Assembly: GCF_000647975.1 (NCBI RefSeq)
Contig: NZ_JFKE01000003.1
Span: forward strand, 132,206 to 196,205
Direction: 5' to 3'
Source: Actibacterium mucosum KCTC 23349
GTDB taxonomy: Bacteria > Pseudomonadota > Alphaproteobacteria > Rhodobacterales > Rhodobacteraceae
Length of the DNA: 64,000 nucleotides
The notes beneath the pieces were generated by a model. It saw nothing but the letters and a program-made list of their open reading frames with translations, was not told the DNA's origin and searched no databases. Position numbers and translations under genes: made by a program. This document shows, in pieces, positions 39,466 to 50,766 of the stretch (its first letter is position 1; each line of letters opens with the position of its first letter).

Positions 39466-39841
39466 AAGGTCTCGGTTTCCTTTACACATGTTTCTGGCCG
39501 CGCGGTTGTCTCCGCCGGTCTTGGTTGGCGCCCATCAGCGGGCCGGTTGGTCTGGACGAACCACAAAACAAAGAGGGCCGGTGGACCCGACCCTGCTCGA
39601 ATTCTCTGTGCTGTGGCGTTTTCGCCTTGTTGACGGGCGTTTCTATAGAGGCGTTTGAGCATGGAGGCAAGGGGGGCGCTGTCAAAAGGAATGGCCTGGC
39701 GGCCATACGCCATTGGTCTCGGCGCCTTGCGACGCCTCGGGTTGCCGCAAGTGGCCAGGTTCTGGTTTGTCGCCGCTGGTGCCGCAGGCGGCAACCCGAG
39801 CATGGAGCCCTTGGCGACAGGCGAGATAAAGAAATGCGCCT

Positions 39842-40447
39842 TCAGGCGCGCAATTTGGCAATATGCGCAACGGCAGCAGCAGTGGCGTCTTTGGCCGAGA
39901 TTTCGGACGTATCAAGCACCAGCGCATCCGCCGCCGCCGTCAGGGGCGCCGTGGCGCGCGCGCTGTCGCGGGCGTCGCGTTCACGTAGATCGGCCAGAAC
40001 CTTGGCGCGGCTGGTTTCGGCGCCTTTTGCAGCCAGTTCGAGAAACCGGCGTTCGGCCCGCACTTGATCAGAGGCCGTTACAAACAGTTTCACGTCTGCA
40101 TCGGGGCAGATCACCGTGCCGATGTCGCGCCCATCCAGCACCGCGCCCCCTGCCCTGCGGGCAAAGGCGCGTTGAAAGTCGACCAGTGCCGCGCGCACTT
40201 CGGGGATCACGGCCACCTTGCTGGCGGCCTGAGCGATCTCGGCGGTGCGCAGATCACCATTCAGATCCTCGGGGCGCAGCGCCTTTGCGGCCTTTATGGC
40301 GTCCACGCCGGTCAGCATCCGCGCGCCAACCGCCCGGTACAGCAACCCCGTATCCAGATGCGCAAAGCCGAAATGGTCAGCCACCGCGCGTGCGATCGTG
40401 CCTTTGCCCGCTGCGGCGGGGCCATCAATCGCGACGGTGAAGCTCAT
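39842..40447 (-). CDS. cmk: cytidylate kinase
   Basis: P-loop [11 protein letters not shown], 201 aa. A hairpin, GCGCCT-TC-AGGCGC, spans the stop codon. Confidence 0.85.
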   Translation of the reverse strand: MSFTVAIDGPAAAGKGTIARAVADHFGFAHLDTGLLYRAVGARMLTGVDAIKAAKALRPEDLNGDLRTAEIAQAASKVAVIPEVRAALVDFQRAFARRAGGAVLDGRDIGTVICPDADVKLFVTASDQVRAERRFLELAAKGAETSRAKVLADLRERDARDSARATAPLTAAADALVLDTSEISAKDATAAAVAHIAKLRA

Positions 40448-41796
40448 ACGTTCCTGCGCACCAGCTGCGCGCCAAGCTCACGCATCAATGGCTCGAAGAT
40501 CGGAAACGAGGTCACAATCGGCCCCGCGTCGTCGACGGAAACCGGTTTCTGCGACCCCATACCCGCACACATGAACGACATGGCGATCCGGTGGTCCAAA
40601 CGTGCTTCGGCAGTGCCGCCGCCGGGCAGGCCGCCGGGGCCCATGCCGTGCACGATGAAGGTGTCTTCATCCTCTTCGATGGTGGCGCCGCAGGCCTCCA
40701 GCCCGCGCGCCATGGCGTCGATGCGGTCGCTTTCTTTCACGCGCAGCTCTTTCACGCCTTTCATCACCGTCTTGCCCTCGGCATAGCAGGCGACTACCGA
40801 CAGGATCGGGTATTCGTCGATCATCGAGGGCGCGCGTTCTGGCGGTACTTCGATGCCTTTCATGTCGGGCGAAAAACGGGCGCGCAGGTCGGCCACCGGC
40901 TCGCCGCCCTCAACCCGTTCGTTTTCATAGGTCAGGTCGGCGCCCATTTCGCGCAGAGTGGTGAAGAGGCCGGCGCGCGTCGGGTTCAGCCCGATATTGG
41001 GCACCAAAACGTCCGAGCCTTCGACGATCAGCGCGGCGCAGACCGGGAAGGCGGCCGAGGACGGGTCGCGCGGCACCACGATGGATTGCGGCGACAGCTC
41101 GGGCTGACCTTTCAGGGTGATGACGCGGCCCTCGTCGGTGAGATCGGTCGAAATCTCGGCGCCGAAACCGGCCAGCATGCGTTCGGAATGGTCGCGGGTG
41201 GCCTCTTTCTCGATCACCACGGTTTCGCCGGGGGCGTTCAGACCGGCCAGCAGTACCGCCGATTTCACCTGGGCCGAGGGCACGGGGCTGGCATAGCGCA
41301 CGGGCACCGGATCGGCGGCCCCCACGATGGTCAGCGGCAGGCGGCCGCCCTGACGGCCATAAGATTGCGCGCCGAACAGCGCCAGCGGATCGGTGATGCG
41401 GCCCATCGGGCGCGAGCGCAGCGAGGCATCGCCGGTGAAGGTGGCGGTAATGGGCGATGTGGCCATGCACCCCATGATCAACCGCACCCCGGTGCCCGAA
41501 TTGCCGCAATCGATCACGTCCTCAGGCTCGGCAAAGCCGCCGACGCCAACGCCCGAGACCGTCCATTCCCCTGCCCCGTGCTGTGTGACCTCGGCCCCGA
41601 AGGCGCGCATGGCCTTGGCGGTGTCCAGCACGTCCTGGCCTTCCAGCAGGCCGGTAATATGCGTCTCGCCCACGGTCATGGCCCCGAAAATCAGTGACCG
41701 GTGGCTGATCGACTTATCACCGGGAACATGGGCCACGCCTTTCAGGGGGGCAGCCTTGCGCGAGGTCATCGGGATCGGATCGCCATGTGCGGACAT
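40444..41796 (-). CDS. aroA: 3-phosphoshikimate 1-carboxyvinyltransferase (EPSP synthase)
   Basis: [10 protein letters not shown] is the N-terminal signature. The protein is about 450 aa and the gene sits upstream of cmk. Confidence 0.85.
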   Translation of the reverse strand: MSAHGDPIPMTSRKAAPLKGVAHVPGDKSISHRSLIFGAMTVGETHITGLLEGQDVLDTAKAMRAFGAEVTQHGAGEWTVSGVGVGGFAEPEDVIDCGNSGTGVRLIMGCMATSPITATFTGDASLRSRPMGRITDPLALFGAQSYGRQGGRLPLTIVGAADPVPVRYASPVPSAQVKSAVLLAGLNAPGETVVIEKEATRDHSERMLAGFGAEISTDLTDEGRVITLKGQPELSPQSIVVPRDPSSAAFPVCAALIVEGSDVLVPNIGLNPTRAGLFTTLREMGADLTYENERVEGGEPVADLRARFSPDMKGIEVPPERAPSMIDEYPILSVVACYAEGKTVMKGVKELRVKESDRIDAMARGLEACGATIEEDEDTFIVHGMGPGGLPGGGTAEARLDHRIAMSFMCAGMGSQKPVSVDDAGPIVTSFPIFEPLMRELGAQLVRRNV

Positions 41797-42120
41797 GCGG
41801 CGGGGCTCCTTGGTTGTTTGCGCTCGCAGGCTTAACGGCTTCGCGCGCGGGATTCCACCGCGATTTTACGTACCCGGCGCGAACGGGCGCTCACAGCCGG
41901 TTAACAGCGCCGCAGGGGCCCGGCTGATCCATTGGCAACAGGTGTTTCAGAAGGAAACACCGAGTGCGCCAGACCGCCCCAGAGGGCTGGCGATTTTGCA
42001 TCCCGCACCGCGCGACAAACCCCTTGCAGGTATGAGGCACCATAAAGCGCTTCGAAACCAGGGTTTGATCGCCACCCCGCGGTCTTTCGCGTCAAGCACC
42101 AAGAACTGGGTTAGTCAAAC

Positions 42121-43173
42121 CTACGCCTCCTCGCCCAGCCAGACGCGCGGGTTCTTTTCGGCGATCTGACAAAAGCAATCTTCGCCCAGATGTTCGCGCA
42201 GACGGATCGAAACAGCCTTTTCCGACAGGTGTTCCTGACGGGTCATGTAGAAATCGGACCCGAACAACACACGTTCCTTCAACTTCGGATCTTCAAGGAA
42301 CAGCGCCAGCAACGGCATGTATTCGTTGAACTTGAAGATCGTGTAAGAGATGTCGGTATAGAGGTTCGGATAATCCCCCGACCGGATCAGGTCGGCGATG
42401 GCGGCCACCCAGTTTTCGCGGCGCGCCGCCGGGTTCAGGGGATCGAACCCCTTGTTCATGTAATCGGCCCACTCCGCATCGCCGCCGAAATGCGCCAGGC
42501 ATACCCGCAGGTCGGGAAATGCCTTGAGCACGGGCAGGAACGCGTGCGGATCGGTCACCGCGTCACCACGCGCGCCGTTCCAGCCTTTGCCATAGACCCC
42601 GCCGCGCGAGCAATGGCTCACCACCGGGATATTGTGTTCGACACACAGGGGATAGATCTCGTTCATCAGCACCGGGTGATCGGGGGCAAATCCCAGCTTG
42701 GGATAAAGCTTCAACCCCTTGAAACCGTGGTTTTCAACGCAGCGGCGAAACTCGGACGCGGCATTGGCGCGGGGTGGAAAGACCGAGGCGAAGGGAATCA
42801 CACGATCTTTGAACTGGTCCTTGCGACAGATTTCGGCCAGTTCGTCGTGTTGTTCGTCAATGTCTTCTTCGACCGGGCCAAACCCGATCTCGGCCATGTC
42901 CATCGGCAACACCACGAATTTGGTGTCACCGGGGTAGTGGCACAGAACCTCGCGCAGGATGTCCTCTTGGCAGCGGCGGCGCGACGTGTCGTGAAAATTC
43001 TCCATCCGCAACATCCAGTCGTGCAGATTCTCCCATGGCAGGATCGATGTGACCCAGCGCAGGAGTTTCACCAGACCGGGCATCTTGCGAAACGCGGCGA
43101 CGGCCTGAAACGGAAAGTAGAGCGGCACATGGGCCGTGGTGAATGTGTGGATGTGGCAATTGATGATCTTCAT
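42121..43173 (-). CDS. amidohydrolase-2 family metal-dependent hydrolase (TIM barrel)
   Basis: The N-terminal motif INCHIHTF and a conserved Asp/His pattern are present. 350 aa. Confidence 0.55.
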   Translation of the reverse strand: MKIINCHIHTFTTAHVPLYFPFQAVAAFRKMPGLVKLLRWVTSILPWENLHDWMLRMENFHDTSRRRCQEDILREVLCHYPGDTKFVVLPMDMAEIGFGPVEEDIDEQHDELAEICRKDQFKDRVIPFASVFPPRANAASEFRRCVENHGFKGLKLYPKLGFAPDHPVLMNEIYPLCVEHNIPVVSHCSRGGVYGKGWNGARGDAVTDPHAFLPVLKAFPDLRVCLAHFGGDAEWADYMNKGFDPLNPAARRENWVAAIADLIRSGDYPNLYTDISYTIFKFNEYMPLLALFLEDPKLKERVLFGSDFYMTRQEHLSEKAVSIRLREHLGEDCFCQIAEKNPRVWLGEEA

Positions 43174-43252
43174 GAAAACGTACCTGAAACGCGGAAAAAA
43201 CCGGGGGTGAATAGGCCCAGCTTACCACGCCCGGATGACGTTTCGTCATCAC

Positions 43253-43966
43253 TTAGGTGCGAACAAAGGTCAGGTAGTGCGGGGTGCGGCCTTCGCGCAG
43301 CGCTTTTTGTTCATACCGGGTTGAATACCAGTCGGGCCAGGCGACGCGCCAGTCATCGGGATGCTCGGCCAGCCATTCAAACCCGTGCCGCGGCACCTGT
43401 TCCAGCGTTTGGCGCACGTAATCGGGGATGTCGGTGGCCACGCGAAAGATCGACCCCGGTTTCAGCTTGGCGGCCAGCGGTTCCAGATGCTCGGGCGTGA
43501 CGAAGCGGCGGCGGTGGTGGCGCTTTTTCGGCCAGGGATCAGGGTAAAGCAGGAAGGCGCGCGACAAAGAGCGGTCGGGCAGCACGTCGAACATGTCGCG
43601 CGCGTCACCGGGATGAATGCGGACATTGTCGCATTGCTGCTGGCGCAGCTTGCCCAGCAGCATCGCCACCCCGTTGATGAAAGGCTCGCAACCGATGATG
43701 CCGACATCGGGGTTCTCAGCGGCCTGATGCACCAGATGCTCGCCCCCACCAAACCCAACCTCAAGCCAGATATCGCGGTCACCGAACAGCGCCTGCAGAT
43801 CCAGAGGGGTGCGGTCGGGGTTTTCGTCCCATGTCACCGGACCCGGCGCGAATTCGGCAAGGTCGTTTTCCAGATACTCTTTCTGGCTGTCGCGCAGGGT
43901 TTTGCCACGAAACCGGCCGTAGAAGTTGCGCCATGGCGCGCCAGAGGGGTGCTTGTCGGTGCTCAT
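43253..43966 (-). CDS. trmB: tRNA (guanine46-N7)-methyltransferase
   Basis: The SAM-binding motif LEVGFGGGEH and LYPDPWPKKRHHRRR are present. The start is taken at MSTDKHP; the track ORF is 5'-extended. Confidence 0.8.
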   Translation of the reverse strand: MSTDKHPSGAPWRNFYGRFRGKTLRDSQKEYLENDLAEFAPGPVTWDENPDRTPLDLQALFGDRDIWLEVGFGGGEHLVHQAAENPDVGIIGCEPFINGVAMLLGKLRQQQCDNVRIHPGDARDMFDVLPDRSLSRAFLLYPDPWPKKRHHRRRFVTPEHLEPLAAKLKPGSIFRVATDIPDYVRQTLEQVPRHGFEWLAEHPDDWRVAWPDWYSTRYEQKALREGRTPHYLTFVRT

Positions 43967-44049
43967 GCGCGCGGATGTAGCGCCGCACGGCCGTGCACAC
44001 AATCCCCCAACTGGCCCCCAACCGCCCCCCAACTGACCCGCGCAGGGCA

Positions 44050-44430
44050 TCACGCCATCGAGCTTAGCCCGAACATGTTGCCTTCGGTATCCATGCATAG
44101 CGACACGAACCCATGCGCCCCGATCGAGAATTTCGGGCGCACAACCTGCCCGCCAGCATCCTGCACGCGGTCCTGTTGCACCGCACAATCGGTGCAGTTG
44201 AAATAAACGATGGTACCGCCGACACCCGGACCTGCATGGGCGGATTTGCTCAGCGCGCCGCCTGCACCGTATTGGGTCATGTCAGCCGGAAAGCTCATGA
44301 TCTGCGTCTCGCCGGTGGGGTCTTCGATCGGATCCATATGGCAGCCCAGAACCGCTTGGTAAAACGCAACCGCGCGGTCAAGGTCTGTAACGAAGATATC
44401 GAACCAGCCAATGGCATTCATTTTGGACAT
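44050..44430 (-). CDS. VOC-family (glyoxalase/bleomycin-resistance fold) protein
   Basis: 126 aa with a beta-alpha-beta-beta-beta VOC pattern. Confidence 0.55.
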   Translation of the reverse strand: MSKMNAIGWFDIFVTDLDRAVAFYQAVLGCHMDPIEDPTGETQIMSFPADMTQYGAGGALSKSAHAGPGVGGTIVYFNCTDCAVQQDRVQDAGGQVVRPKFSIGAHGFVSLCMDTEGNMFGLSSMA

Positions 44431-44498
44431 GTTGGTCTCCTGATTGGGTTGCCTTCGGGGGCGGGATATCAGGGGACGCCAAGCCGGTATTGTAGATT

Positions 44499-45233
44499 TC
44501 AGACATTGAACTTGCGCGCGTATTGACCGGGGGTATAGCCGGTGGCACGGCGAAAGGCGTGGATGAAGTGGGACTGGTCCGCATAAGACAGCGACGGCGT
44601 GCCGCGCAGCGATTGTTGCAGACGCAGGACCTTCAGAAAGTCATGCGGGGTGAACCCGGCGGTGGATTTCAACACACGTTGCAACTGTCGGGTGGACAGG
44701 CCCGCCACCGCGGCCATGTCGGCCACCGAGTGAATGTCGACGATCCGGGCAAAGATTGCCTGAGTCACCGGGTTGGGTTTCAGCAGCCCCTGCCCCACTA
44801 GGTTGCGGGCGAAATCCCAAAGTGCCGGAAGCGCGGTGTCGAAGCTGTGCCCGGCGATGGACCGGTTCAATGCAAGCAGCGGCAAATCACCGTCATAGGG
44901 GGCCTCCACCTGCCCGTAAGACAGCCGCGGACCCTGCCACACGCCGGGCAGCAGGCGCATGTTGACGAAATGAAAATCGCGGCCAAGGTTCAGTTCCTCG
45001 GACGAGGCACGCAGGCGGGTCACCCCGGCAATCGCCGGGTCACGCTGGTTCAGCACCACATAGGCGCAGGCATCGGGCAGCGCGTGAAACCGGTAATCGG
45101 TGGCCAGCGGTGCGCGGGTCTGCACACGCAGCGCCCGGTGCACAACTGCCTGCAGGTCAGCGGGCGGCGCGGCTTCGGCAAAATCCACGTCGTTGACAAC
45201 CTTGTCGCGGCCATGCCCTGTGGGCTCGTACAT
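44499..45233 (-). CDS. AraC-family transcriptional regulator
   Basis: The C-terminal AraC-type dual HTH (...HDFLKVLRLQQSL...SHFIHAFRRATGYTPGQY) is present. Confidence 0.7.
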   Translation of the reverse strand: MYEPTGHGRDKVVNDVDFAEAAPPADLQAVVHRALRVQTRAPLATDYRFHALPDACAYVVLNQRDPAIAGVTRLRASSEELNLGRDFHFVNMRLLPGVWQGPRLSYGQVEAPYDGDLPLLALNRSIAGHSFDTALPALWDFARNLVGQGLLKPNPVTQAIFARIVDIHSVADMAAVAGLSTRQLQRVLKSTAGFTPHDFLKVLRLQQSLRGTPSLSYADQSHFIHAFRRATGYTPGQYARKFNV

Positions 45234-45235
45234 GG

Positions 45236-45883
45236 TTATTCGGTCAGCAACCCGGCCTCGAGCAACTCGGACCGGCGCGGGTACCAGACATTGTCGCCCT
45301 GATTGCGGATGGTTTCGACGGCAAAGACCGGATCAACCCCGCGTTCGAGGTAATATTGCAGTTCCAGATAGGTTTCCTGCTGCGTGTCCTCGTACATCCA
45401 TTCGGCAAATTCATAAGGCGAGGCCCAACCGAAGGCTTCGGTCTTGGAGGTATAGAACTGTTCGATGGACTCTGCCGACCACGAATTCTGATGAAACCCG
45501 ATCCGCGCGCCGCGGGCCAGCGTGCGTTTGAGGCCGCCAAGGAAGATGTAGACGCATGAACTGGAACAGATCCCGGATACATGGGTGTTCACTTCGAAAT
45601 CCAGCAGCACCTCGCCCATCTCGAACCCGGCGAAATAGCTGCCGCCGCCGCTGTTCAGATCGACATTCCTGATGGCAGGATTGTCGCGCAGAAGCGCCCG
45701 CATGGTATCAGCATCTGCACTGACGATCTCGGACTCGTTGCCTTCGCTTTCGGTATCAAAGAACAGCGTATCGCCCTTGACCTGAAACTTGGAGGTCTCC
45801 TGCGCGAAGCCCGACAGCGGCGCAAAAGCCAATGCGCCCATAAACGCGGCGCGGAACATGTGGTAAATCATTGAAATCCCCAA
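45236..45883 (-). CDS. secreted hypothetical protein
   Basis: The signal peptide is MFRAAFMGALAFAPLSGFA. I could not recognise a family. Confidence 0.4.
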   Translation of the reverse strand: MGISMIYHMFRAAFMGALAFAPLSGFAQETSKFQVKGDTLFFDTESEGNESEIVSADADTMRALLRDNPAIRNVDLNSGGGSYFAGFEMGEVLLDFEVNTHVSGICSSSCVYIFLGGLKRTLARGARIGFHQNSWSAESIEQFYTSKTEAFGWASPYEFAEWMYEDTQQETYLELQYYLERGVDPVFAVETIRNQGDNVWYPRRSELLEAGLLTE

Positions 45884-45965
45884 CTCACTCCCCTTGAATG
45901 CACGTTACGCGCGCAAAGGCCGGGCAATCAAGCCTGCGGGGCGCACAAGGGTGGGAGGAGCCGGA

Positions 45966-46490
45966 ATGGCCGGGCAGAGCTGGATCGTGCGGGCAACCGA
46001 AAGCATCGCGTTTATTAGGGAAATCGGGACAATGGTGGCCATTTGCGGCACCATCGCCTTCTTCGTCGCCCCACCGGTCGAGCGGATTCTGGTGGAAACA
46101 TTCGGCGTGAAAGCATGGTATTTTGCAACCGAAATGCAAATTTCCGAAGAAAACGGCGCCATCGTGAAATCCACGCGGGCCAATAATTTCTACAATTTTC
46201 TGTGGTCAGAACGGAACGACTTTGCCGGCATCCAGGTGGCCGATAACGACGCGGCGGTGGCGTTTGTTCTGAAACAGCTTAACCTGTTACCTGGCGATCT
46301 GGTATACGCCACGGCCTCGAACGGGGACGAGCCGACGCCGGGACGCGCAGACATCCATGTCACATCAAAAATGCGCGCCCTGGCAGGCGCGCATGAGTGT
46401 TTTCGGGTGAAGAAGGTGAAATACCGCAAAGGGCGCGGTGATTTCCCCCACAATGTCTATCTGAAACTGGTGCGCACACCCTGCCTGTAG
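45966..46490 (+). CDS. hypothetical protein with one predicted TM segment
   Basis: The ATG has GGGAGGAG upstream, and the codon usage has a coding-like GC3 bias. No domain was recognised. Confidence 0.35.
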   Translation: MAGQSWIVRATESIAFIREIGTMVAICGTIAFFVAPPVERILVETFGVKAWYFATEMQISEENGAIVKSTRANNFYNFLWSERNDFAGIQVADNDAAVAFVLKQLNLLPGDLVYATASNGDEPTPGRADIHVTSKMRALAGAHECFRVKKVKYRKGRGDFPHNVYLKLVRTPCL

Positions 46491-46516
46491 GCCCGTCTTG
46501 CCCCTAGGCCCGTCGA

Positions 46517-47683
46517 TTACACTGCAGATTTCAGCGCATCGACCAGATCGGTTTTCTCCCAGCCAAAGCCGCCATCAGCCTCGGCCGCGCGACCAAAATG
46601 GCCATATGCCGCGGTGCGCTGATAGATCGGGCGGTTCATGCCCAGATGCTCGCGGATGCCGCGCGGGGTCAGGTCCATAACCTTGGCCAGCGCCTGTTCG
46701 ATCTCGGCCTCGCCCACCTGGCCGGTGCCATAGGTGTCGGCATAGATCGACAGCGGCTTGGCGACACCAATGGCATAGCTCAGCTGAATGCAGCACCGTT
46801 CAGCCATACCAGCGGCCACAACGTTCTTGGCCAGATAGCGCGCGGCATACGCGGCCGAGCGGTCCACCTTGGTGGGGTCTTTGCCCGAGAAGGCGCCGCC
46901 GCCATGGGGTGCGGCACCGCCATAGGTATCCACGATGATCTTGCGCCCGGTCAGGCCCGCATCACCATCCGGCCCACCGATCACGAACACGCCGGTCGGG
47001 TTCACGTGCCATTCGGTTTCCGGCGAAATCCAACCCTCGGGCAGAACTTCGCGGATATAGGGCTCGACAATCGCGCGGATCGCGGCGCTGTCGGTGCTTT
47101 CGGATTTATGCTGGGTTGACAGCACGATCGACGTGACGCCCACCGGCTTGCCGTTTTCGTATTTCACCGACAATTGCGATTTTGCGTCGGGCTCCAGCTC
47201 GGGCTCGGTGCCGTCTTTGCGCACCTCGGCCAGACGGCGCAGGATCGCGTGGGCATAGTGAATAGGGGCGGGCATCAGATGCTCGGTCTCGTTCACGGCA
47301 TAGCCGAACATGATGCCCTGATCGCCCGCGCCTTCGTCTTTGGCGTCACCGGCATCCACGCCTTGCGCGATATGGGCGGATTGTTCGTGCAGGTAGTTGT
47401 CCACGGACATGTTCTGCCAGTGGAACCCGTCCTGTTCATAGCCGATGTCGCGCACACAATCGCGGGCGATGTCTTCGACACGGTCCATCACCGATTGCGG
47501 TCCGCGCACCTCGCCGCCGATCACGACGCGGTTGGTGGTGGCAAAGGTTTCACACGCCACTCGGGCCTGCGGCTCCTCGGCAAGGAACGCGTCCAGTACG
47601 GCATCCGAGATGCGGTCGCAGACCTTGTCGGGGTGGCCCTCGGAAACGGATTCCGAAGTGAAGAGATAGTTCTGACGTGTCAT
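46517..47683 (-). CDS. metK: S-adenosylmethionine synthetase
   Basis: [12 protein letters not shown] is present, along with a GGGAFSGKD-type motif. The start is taken at [20 protein letters not shown]. Confidence 0.9.
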   Translation of the reverse strand: MTRQNYLFTSESVSEGHPDKVCDRISDAVLDAFLAEEPQARVACETFATTNRVVIGGEVRGPQSVMDRVEDIARDCVRDIGYEQDGFHWQNMSVDNYLHEQSAHIAQGVDAGDAKDEGAGDQGIMFGYAVNETEHLMPAPIHYAHAILRRLAEVRKDGTEPELEPDAKSQLSVKYENGKPVGVTSIVLSTQHKSESTDSAAIRAIVEPYIREVLPEGWISPETEWHVNPTGVFVIGGPDGDAGLTGRKIIVDTYGGAAPHGGGAFSGKDPTKVDRSAAYAARYLAKNVVAAGMAERCCIQLSYAIGVAKPLSIYADTYGTGQVGEAEIEQALAKVMDLTPRGIREHLGMNRPIYQRTAAYGHFGRAAEADGGFGWEKTDLVDALKSAV

Positions 47684-47770
47684 GAAAATGCTCCGATAGA
47701 TTTTTCCCACCCCGTCAGGAAGCCGTTGGGGCAGGTGCTAGATGGCTGTTACGCGGGTTACAGGGCCGGG

Positions 47771-49276
47771 TCAATGAGGTAGGCGACGGCGAAAGGCGAT
47801 GATCAACCCAAGCAGCAACAAAAACGCACCACCCGCCGGCGCGTCACCGATCCGGGCATAGGGCGTTTCGGGCAAGGCGGCGGGCAAAGGCGCGTCGAGG
47901 AAACCGGCGGTATTCAGCGCCAGCGCGTGGGTCACCTGACCCCGCGCATCGATCACCGCTGACACCCCGGTATTGGCGACACGCACAACGGGCAATCCCA
48001 TCTCGACCGCGCGCAGGCGGGCCTGATCGAGATGTTGGTACGGCCCCGAAAACCGCCCGAACCATGCATCGTTGGTGATCTGCAGTACCCAGTCGGGCCG
48101 GGTGGGCGCGGCGCGCAGATCCTGCGGGAAAATCGCCTCGTAACAAATCAGTGGCAACATCGTGCCCAGCGCGCCGCCCAGGTTCAGCACGGCCGCACCT
48201 GGCCCGGGCGTGTAGCCGGATGTGTCTTCCGCCGCCAGCCCAAAGATACCCAGCCGCGCAAAGGTGGCCGCAAAAGGCATATACTCGCCAAAGGGCACAA
48301 GGTGGTGCTTGTCATATTGGTGGCTGACGCGGCCCAGCGGGTCGATGGCGATCAGGCTGTTATAGATCCGGTTTTCCTGCCAGCGACGGATACCGGCGAT
48401 GATCGGTGTGCCGTCAGCGGCCTGGGCCATCGCCGCAAGCGCCTGATCGGCGTTTTCAAGGAAATACGGCACCGAGGTTTCGGGCCAGATCACCACGTCG
48501 GGTGCACCGGGGGCAGCGGTTTGGGCCATCATCCGGCGCCAGAATACTGGCACCATATCAGGGCGCCATTTCAAATGCTGCGCGGCATTGGGTTGCACGA
48601 GGCGCAGGGTTGGGGCGTCGGGCGCCGCGGGTGGTGCCGGTTGCAGGGTGCCGAAAACCCACACGGCTGCGACCACCGCAACGCCCCCCGCCAAACCACG
48701 CGCGCCCCACAGCAACGGCAAAGCCACCACCAGCAAGCTGAGCGCCGACAACCCGTGCGCGCCGGTAAAAGCCGCCAGTTGCACCACTGGTGTGTCAATC
48801 CAATGATGGCCGATCAAGGCCCACGGAAAACCCGTAAAGACGTATCCCCGCGACAGCTCCATCAGGGCCAGGGCCGGCAGGAACAGCGCGATCCGCGACC
48901 GCCACCCCGTGCCCAGCCATCCGGCCAGTGTCCCCGCCACGGCCCAGAACAACGCCAGGCCGAATGACATCAGCAAAAGTGCAAACGGGGCCATCCAGCC
49001 GTGTTTGGCGATATCCACCAGGAAAGGTTCGACAATCCAGGCCAGCGCCAGCGCGAAATAACCGGCCCCCGCGACCCAGGCGCGACGTGCTGTTGCGCGG
49101 CTGTTTTCGCCCTGCCCGACCAGCCAAAGCACAGCAGCAAGCCCCAGCAAAGCCAAGGGCCACAGCCCCAAGGGCGCCAGCCCCGTGGCCGCCACCGCCC
49201 CTGACAGAAAACATGCGGGAAGGATCAAGCGGCGGGGCACCCCGCGCGCCCAAAGCCCGTCAGCCCTTGGCGACAT
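47771..49276 (-). CDS. lnt: apolipoprotein N-acyltransferase
   Basis: A polytopic N-terminus is followed by a CN-hydrolase domain with the catalytic Cys (LICYEAIFP). The gene is downstream of corC. Confidence 0.8.
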   Translation of the reverse strand: MSPRADGLWARGVPRRLILPACFLSGAVAATGLAPLGLWPLALLGLAAVLWLVGQGENSRATARRAWVAGAGYFALALAWIVEPFLVDIAKHGWMAPFALLLMSFGLALFWAVAGTLAGWLGTGWRSRIALFLPALALMELSRGYVFTGFPWALIGHHWIDTPVVQLAAFTGAHGLSALSLLVVALPLLWGARGLAGGVAVVAAVWVFGTLQPAPPAAPDAPTLRLVQPNAAQHLKWRPDMVPVFWRRMMAQTAAPGAPDVVIWPETSVPYFLENADQALAAMAQAADGTPIIAGIRRWQENRIYNSLIAIDPLGRVSHQYDKHHLVPFGEYMPFAATFARLGIFGLAAEDTSGYTPGPGAAVLNLGGALGTMLPLICYEAIFPQDLRAAPTRPDWVLQITNDAWFGRFSGPYQHLDQARLRAVEMGLPVVRVANTGVSAVIDARGQVTHALALNTAGFLDAPLPAALPETPYARIGDAPAGGAFLLLLGLIIAFRRRLPH

Positions 49277-50141
49277 CCGGCACCCAAACACGCAGGCGCT
49301 TGATCCGGCGGGGATCGGCATCCATCACTTCGAACTCGGCGCCCGAGGGGTGGCCAACAACCTCGCCGCGGGTTGGCACACGCCCGGTCAGCATGAAGAC
49401 AAGTCCGCCCAGCGTGTCGGCCTCTTCCTCGTCCTCTGCCTCAAGAAGCTTGACGCCAATCTCGGCCTCGAACTCATCCAGTGGCGCGCGGGCCTGCACC
49501 ATGTAGCAGCCCGGTTTCTCCTGCACCCAAAGGGCAACCTCGTCGGCGTCATGCTCGTCTTCGATCTCGCCCACAACCTGTTCGATCAGATCCTCGATCG
49601 TCAGCAGACCGTCCACACCGCCATATTCATCGATCACCAGCGCCATGTGCCGCCGTTCCGACTGCATTTTCTGCATCAGGACACCGATGGGCATCGAAGG
49701 CGGCGCAAACAGCAACGGGCGCATCAGCGCGCGCAGGTTGAAATCGCCATTGCCGCCGTTGAACCCGAATTTCAGTGCAAGGTCCTTGAGGTGCACCAGG
49801 CCCAGCGGGGTGTCCAGCGTGCCATCGTAAACCGGCAGGCGGGTCATGCCGCTGTCGCGGAAGGTGGCGATCAGCTCGTCCTTCGAGATGTCATCGGGCA
49901 CGGCAACGATCTCGACCTTGGGAATCGCCACATCGTCCACGCGCAGTCGGGTCAGTTGCCCCAATCCGGTGGTCTGTGCGGCGCCATTCACGGCGGTTCC
50001 ATTTGTGGGAATGTCAACGCCGGTGTCTTCGGGCGCATTACGCGCGCCGAAAAGCCGGCTGATTAATCCGGGTTTACTTTGTATGTCCGGGTCCGGCGCG
50101 CTCCGCGCCGCATTAGACGACCCGTCGGTCTCTACGTCCAT
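49260..50141 (-). CDS. corC: CBS-pair / CorC_HlyC-domain protein (Mg/Co efflux CorC/TlyC family)
   Basis: Two CBS domains plus a CorC/HlyC transporter-associated C-terminal domain. The conserved neighbourhood ybeY-corC-lnt is intact. Confidence 0.8.
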   Translation of the reverse strand: MDVETDGSSNAARSAPDPDIQSKPGLISRLFGARNAPEDTGVDIPTNGTAVNGAAQTTGLGQLTRLRVDDVAIPKVEIVAVPDDISKDELIATFRDSGMTRLPVYDGTLDTPLGLVHLKDLALKFGFNGGNGDFNLRALMRPLLFAPPSMPIGVLMQKMQSERRHMALVIDEYGGVDGLLTIEDLIEQVVGEIEDEHDADEVALWVQEKPGCYMVQARAPLDEFEAEIGVKLLEAEDEEEADTLGGLVFMLTGRVPTRGEVVGHPSGAEFEVMDADPRRIKRLRVWVPDVAKG

Positions 50142-50180
50142 CTTTCCTTACCAAAAACCCAGCGGCCCACGGCCCCTGCG

Positions 50181-50669
50181 CTATTCATATGGGTCCGGAA
50201 GGCCCAAAGATGCAAGTATTTCCACCTCAAAACCTTCCATTAGCGCGGCATCACCGGGGCGAATGTGGTCAAAACCCAACAGATGCAAGGTTGCATGCAC
50301 CAGAAGATGGGCCACATGCGCATCAAATGTCTTCCCCTGTTCCACCGCCTCGCGCGTGCAGGTTTCATGGGCAATGGCAATGTCGCCAAGCTCCGGATCG
50401 GGCCCATCTGGCGGCGCGGGCATTGCCCCATCGGCGGCGGCGCCACGTTCGGCAGACGGCCAGCTGAGCACATTGGTCGGGCGCGGTTTGTCCCGGAAAT
50501 CGCCGTTCAACACGGCAATCCGCGCGTCGTCACAGGCCAGCAAGCTGATCTCCCACGCGTTGGGGTCCAGCTTGAGATGCGCCAGGGTCGCCGCGCAGAA
50601 CCGGTCGGCCAGCGCCTGCAGCTGGGCTGCGCCCCAATGGTTGCTGTCAATGGAAATGTCGATATCCAT
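50181..50669 (-). CDS. ybeY: rRNA maturation RNase YbeY
   Basis: The zinc motif HLLVHATLHLLGFDH is present. The start is taken at MDIDISID, giving 162 aa. Confidence 0.8.
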   Translation of the reverse strand: MDIDISIDSNHWGAAQLQALADRFCAATLAHLKLDPNAWEISLLACDDARIAVLNGDFRDKPRPTNVLSWPSAERGAAADGAMPAPPDGPDPELGDIAIAHETCTREAVEQGKTFDAHVAHLLVHATLHLLGFDHIRPGDAALMEGFEVEILASLGLPDPYE

Positions 50670-50766
50670 GACCAATTCCCTAGCGCACCATAAAGCTCGT
50701 GGGAATGGCTCTTGTGCGACTCGCGCTGGCTTCTTAGCTGTTGAACAGACCATCACGAGTAAACCT

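Noticed and set aside
37720-39633. 637-codon plus-strand ORF
   Set aside because: It is antisense to rpsA, which is unambiguous with its S1 repeats. Shadow ORF.
39490-39841. Structured rpsA leader with long inverted repeat (GGTTGCCGC...GCGGCAACC)
   Set aside because: Long structured 5' leaders are expected for rpsA because of S1 autoregulation. It is not unusual.
41797-42120. 324-bp non-coding gap with perfect hairpin GGTGTTTC-AGAAG-GAAACACC (41941-41961)
   Set aside because: It could be a regulatory RNA element, but there is no T-run, no recognisable riboswitch or sRNA signature, and no conserved motif I could name. I left it unannotated.
46486-46520. Direct repeat TAGGCCCGTC x2 downstream of metK
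   Set aside because: Two copies separated by 7 bp, with no hairpin potential or T-run. It is probably fortuitous or a weak termination-associated sequence.
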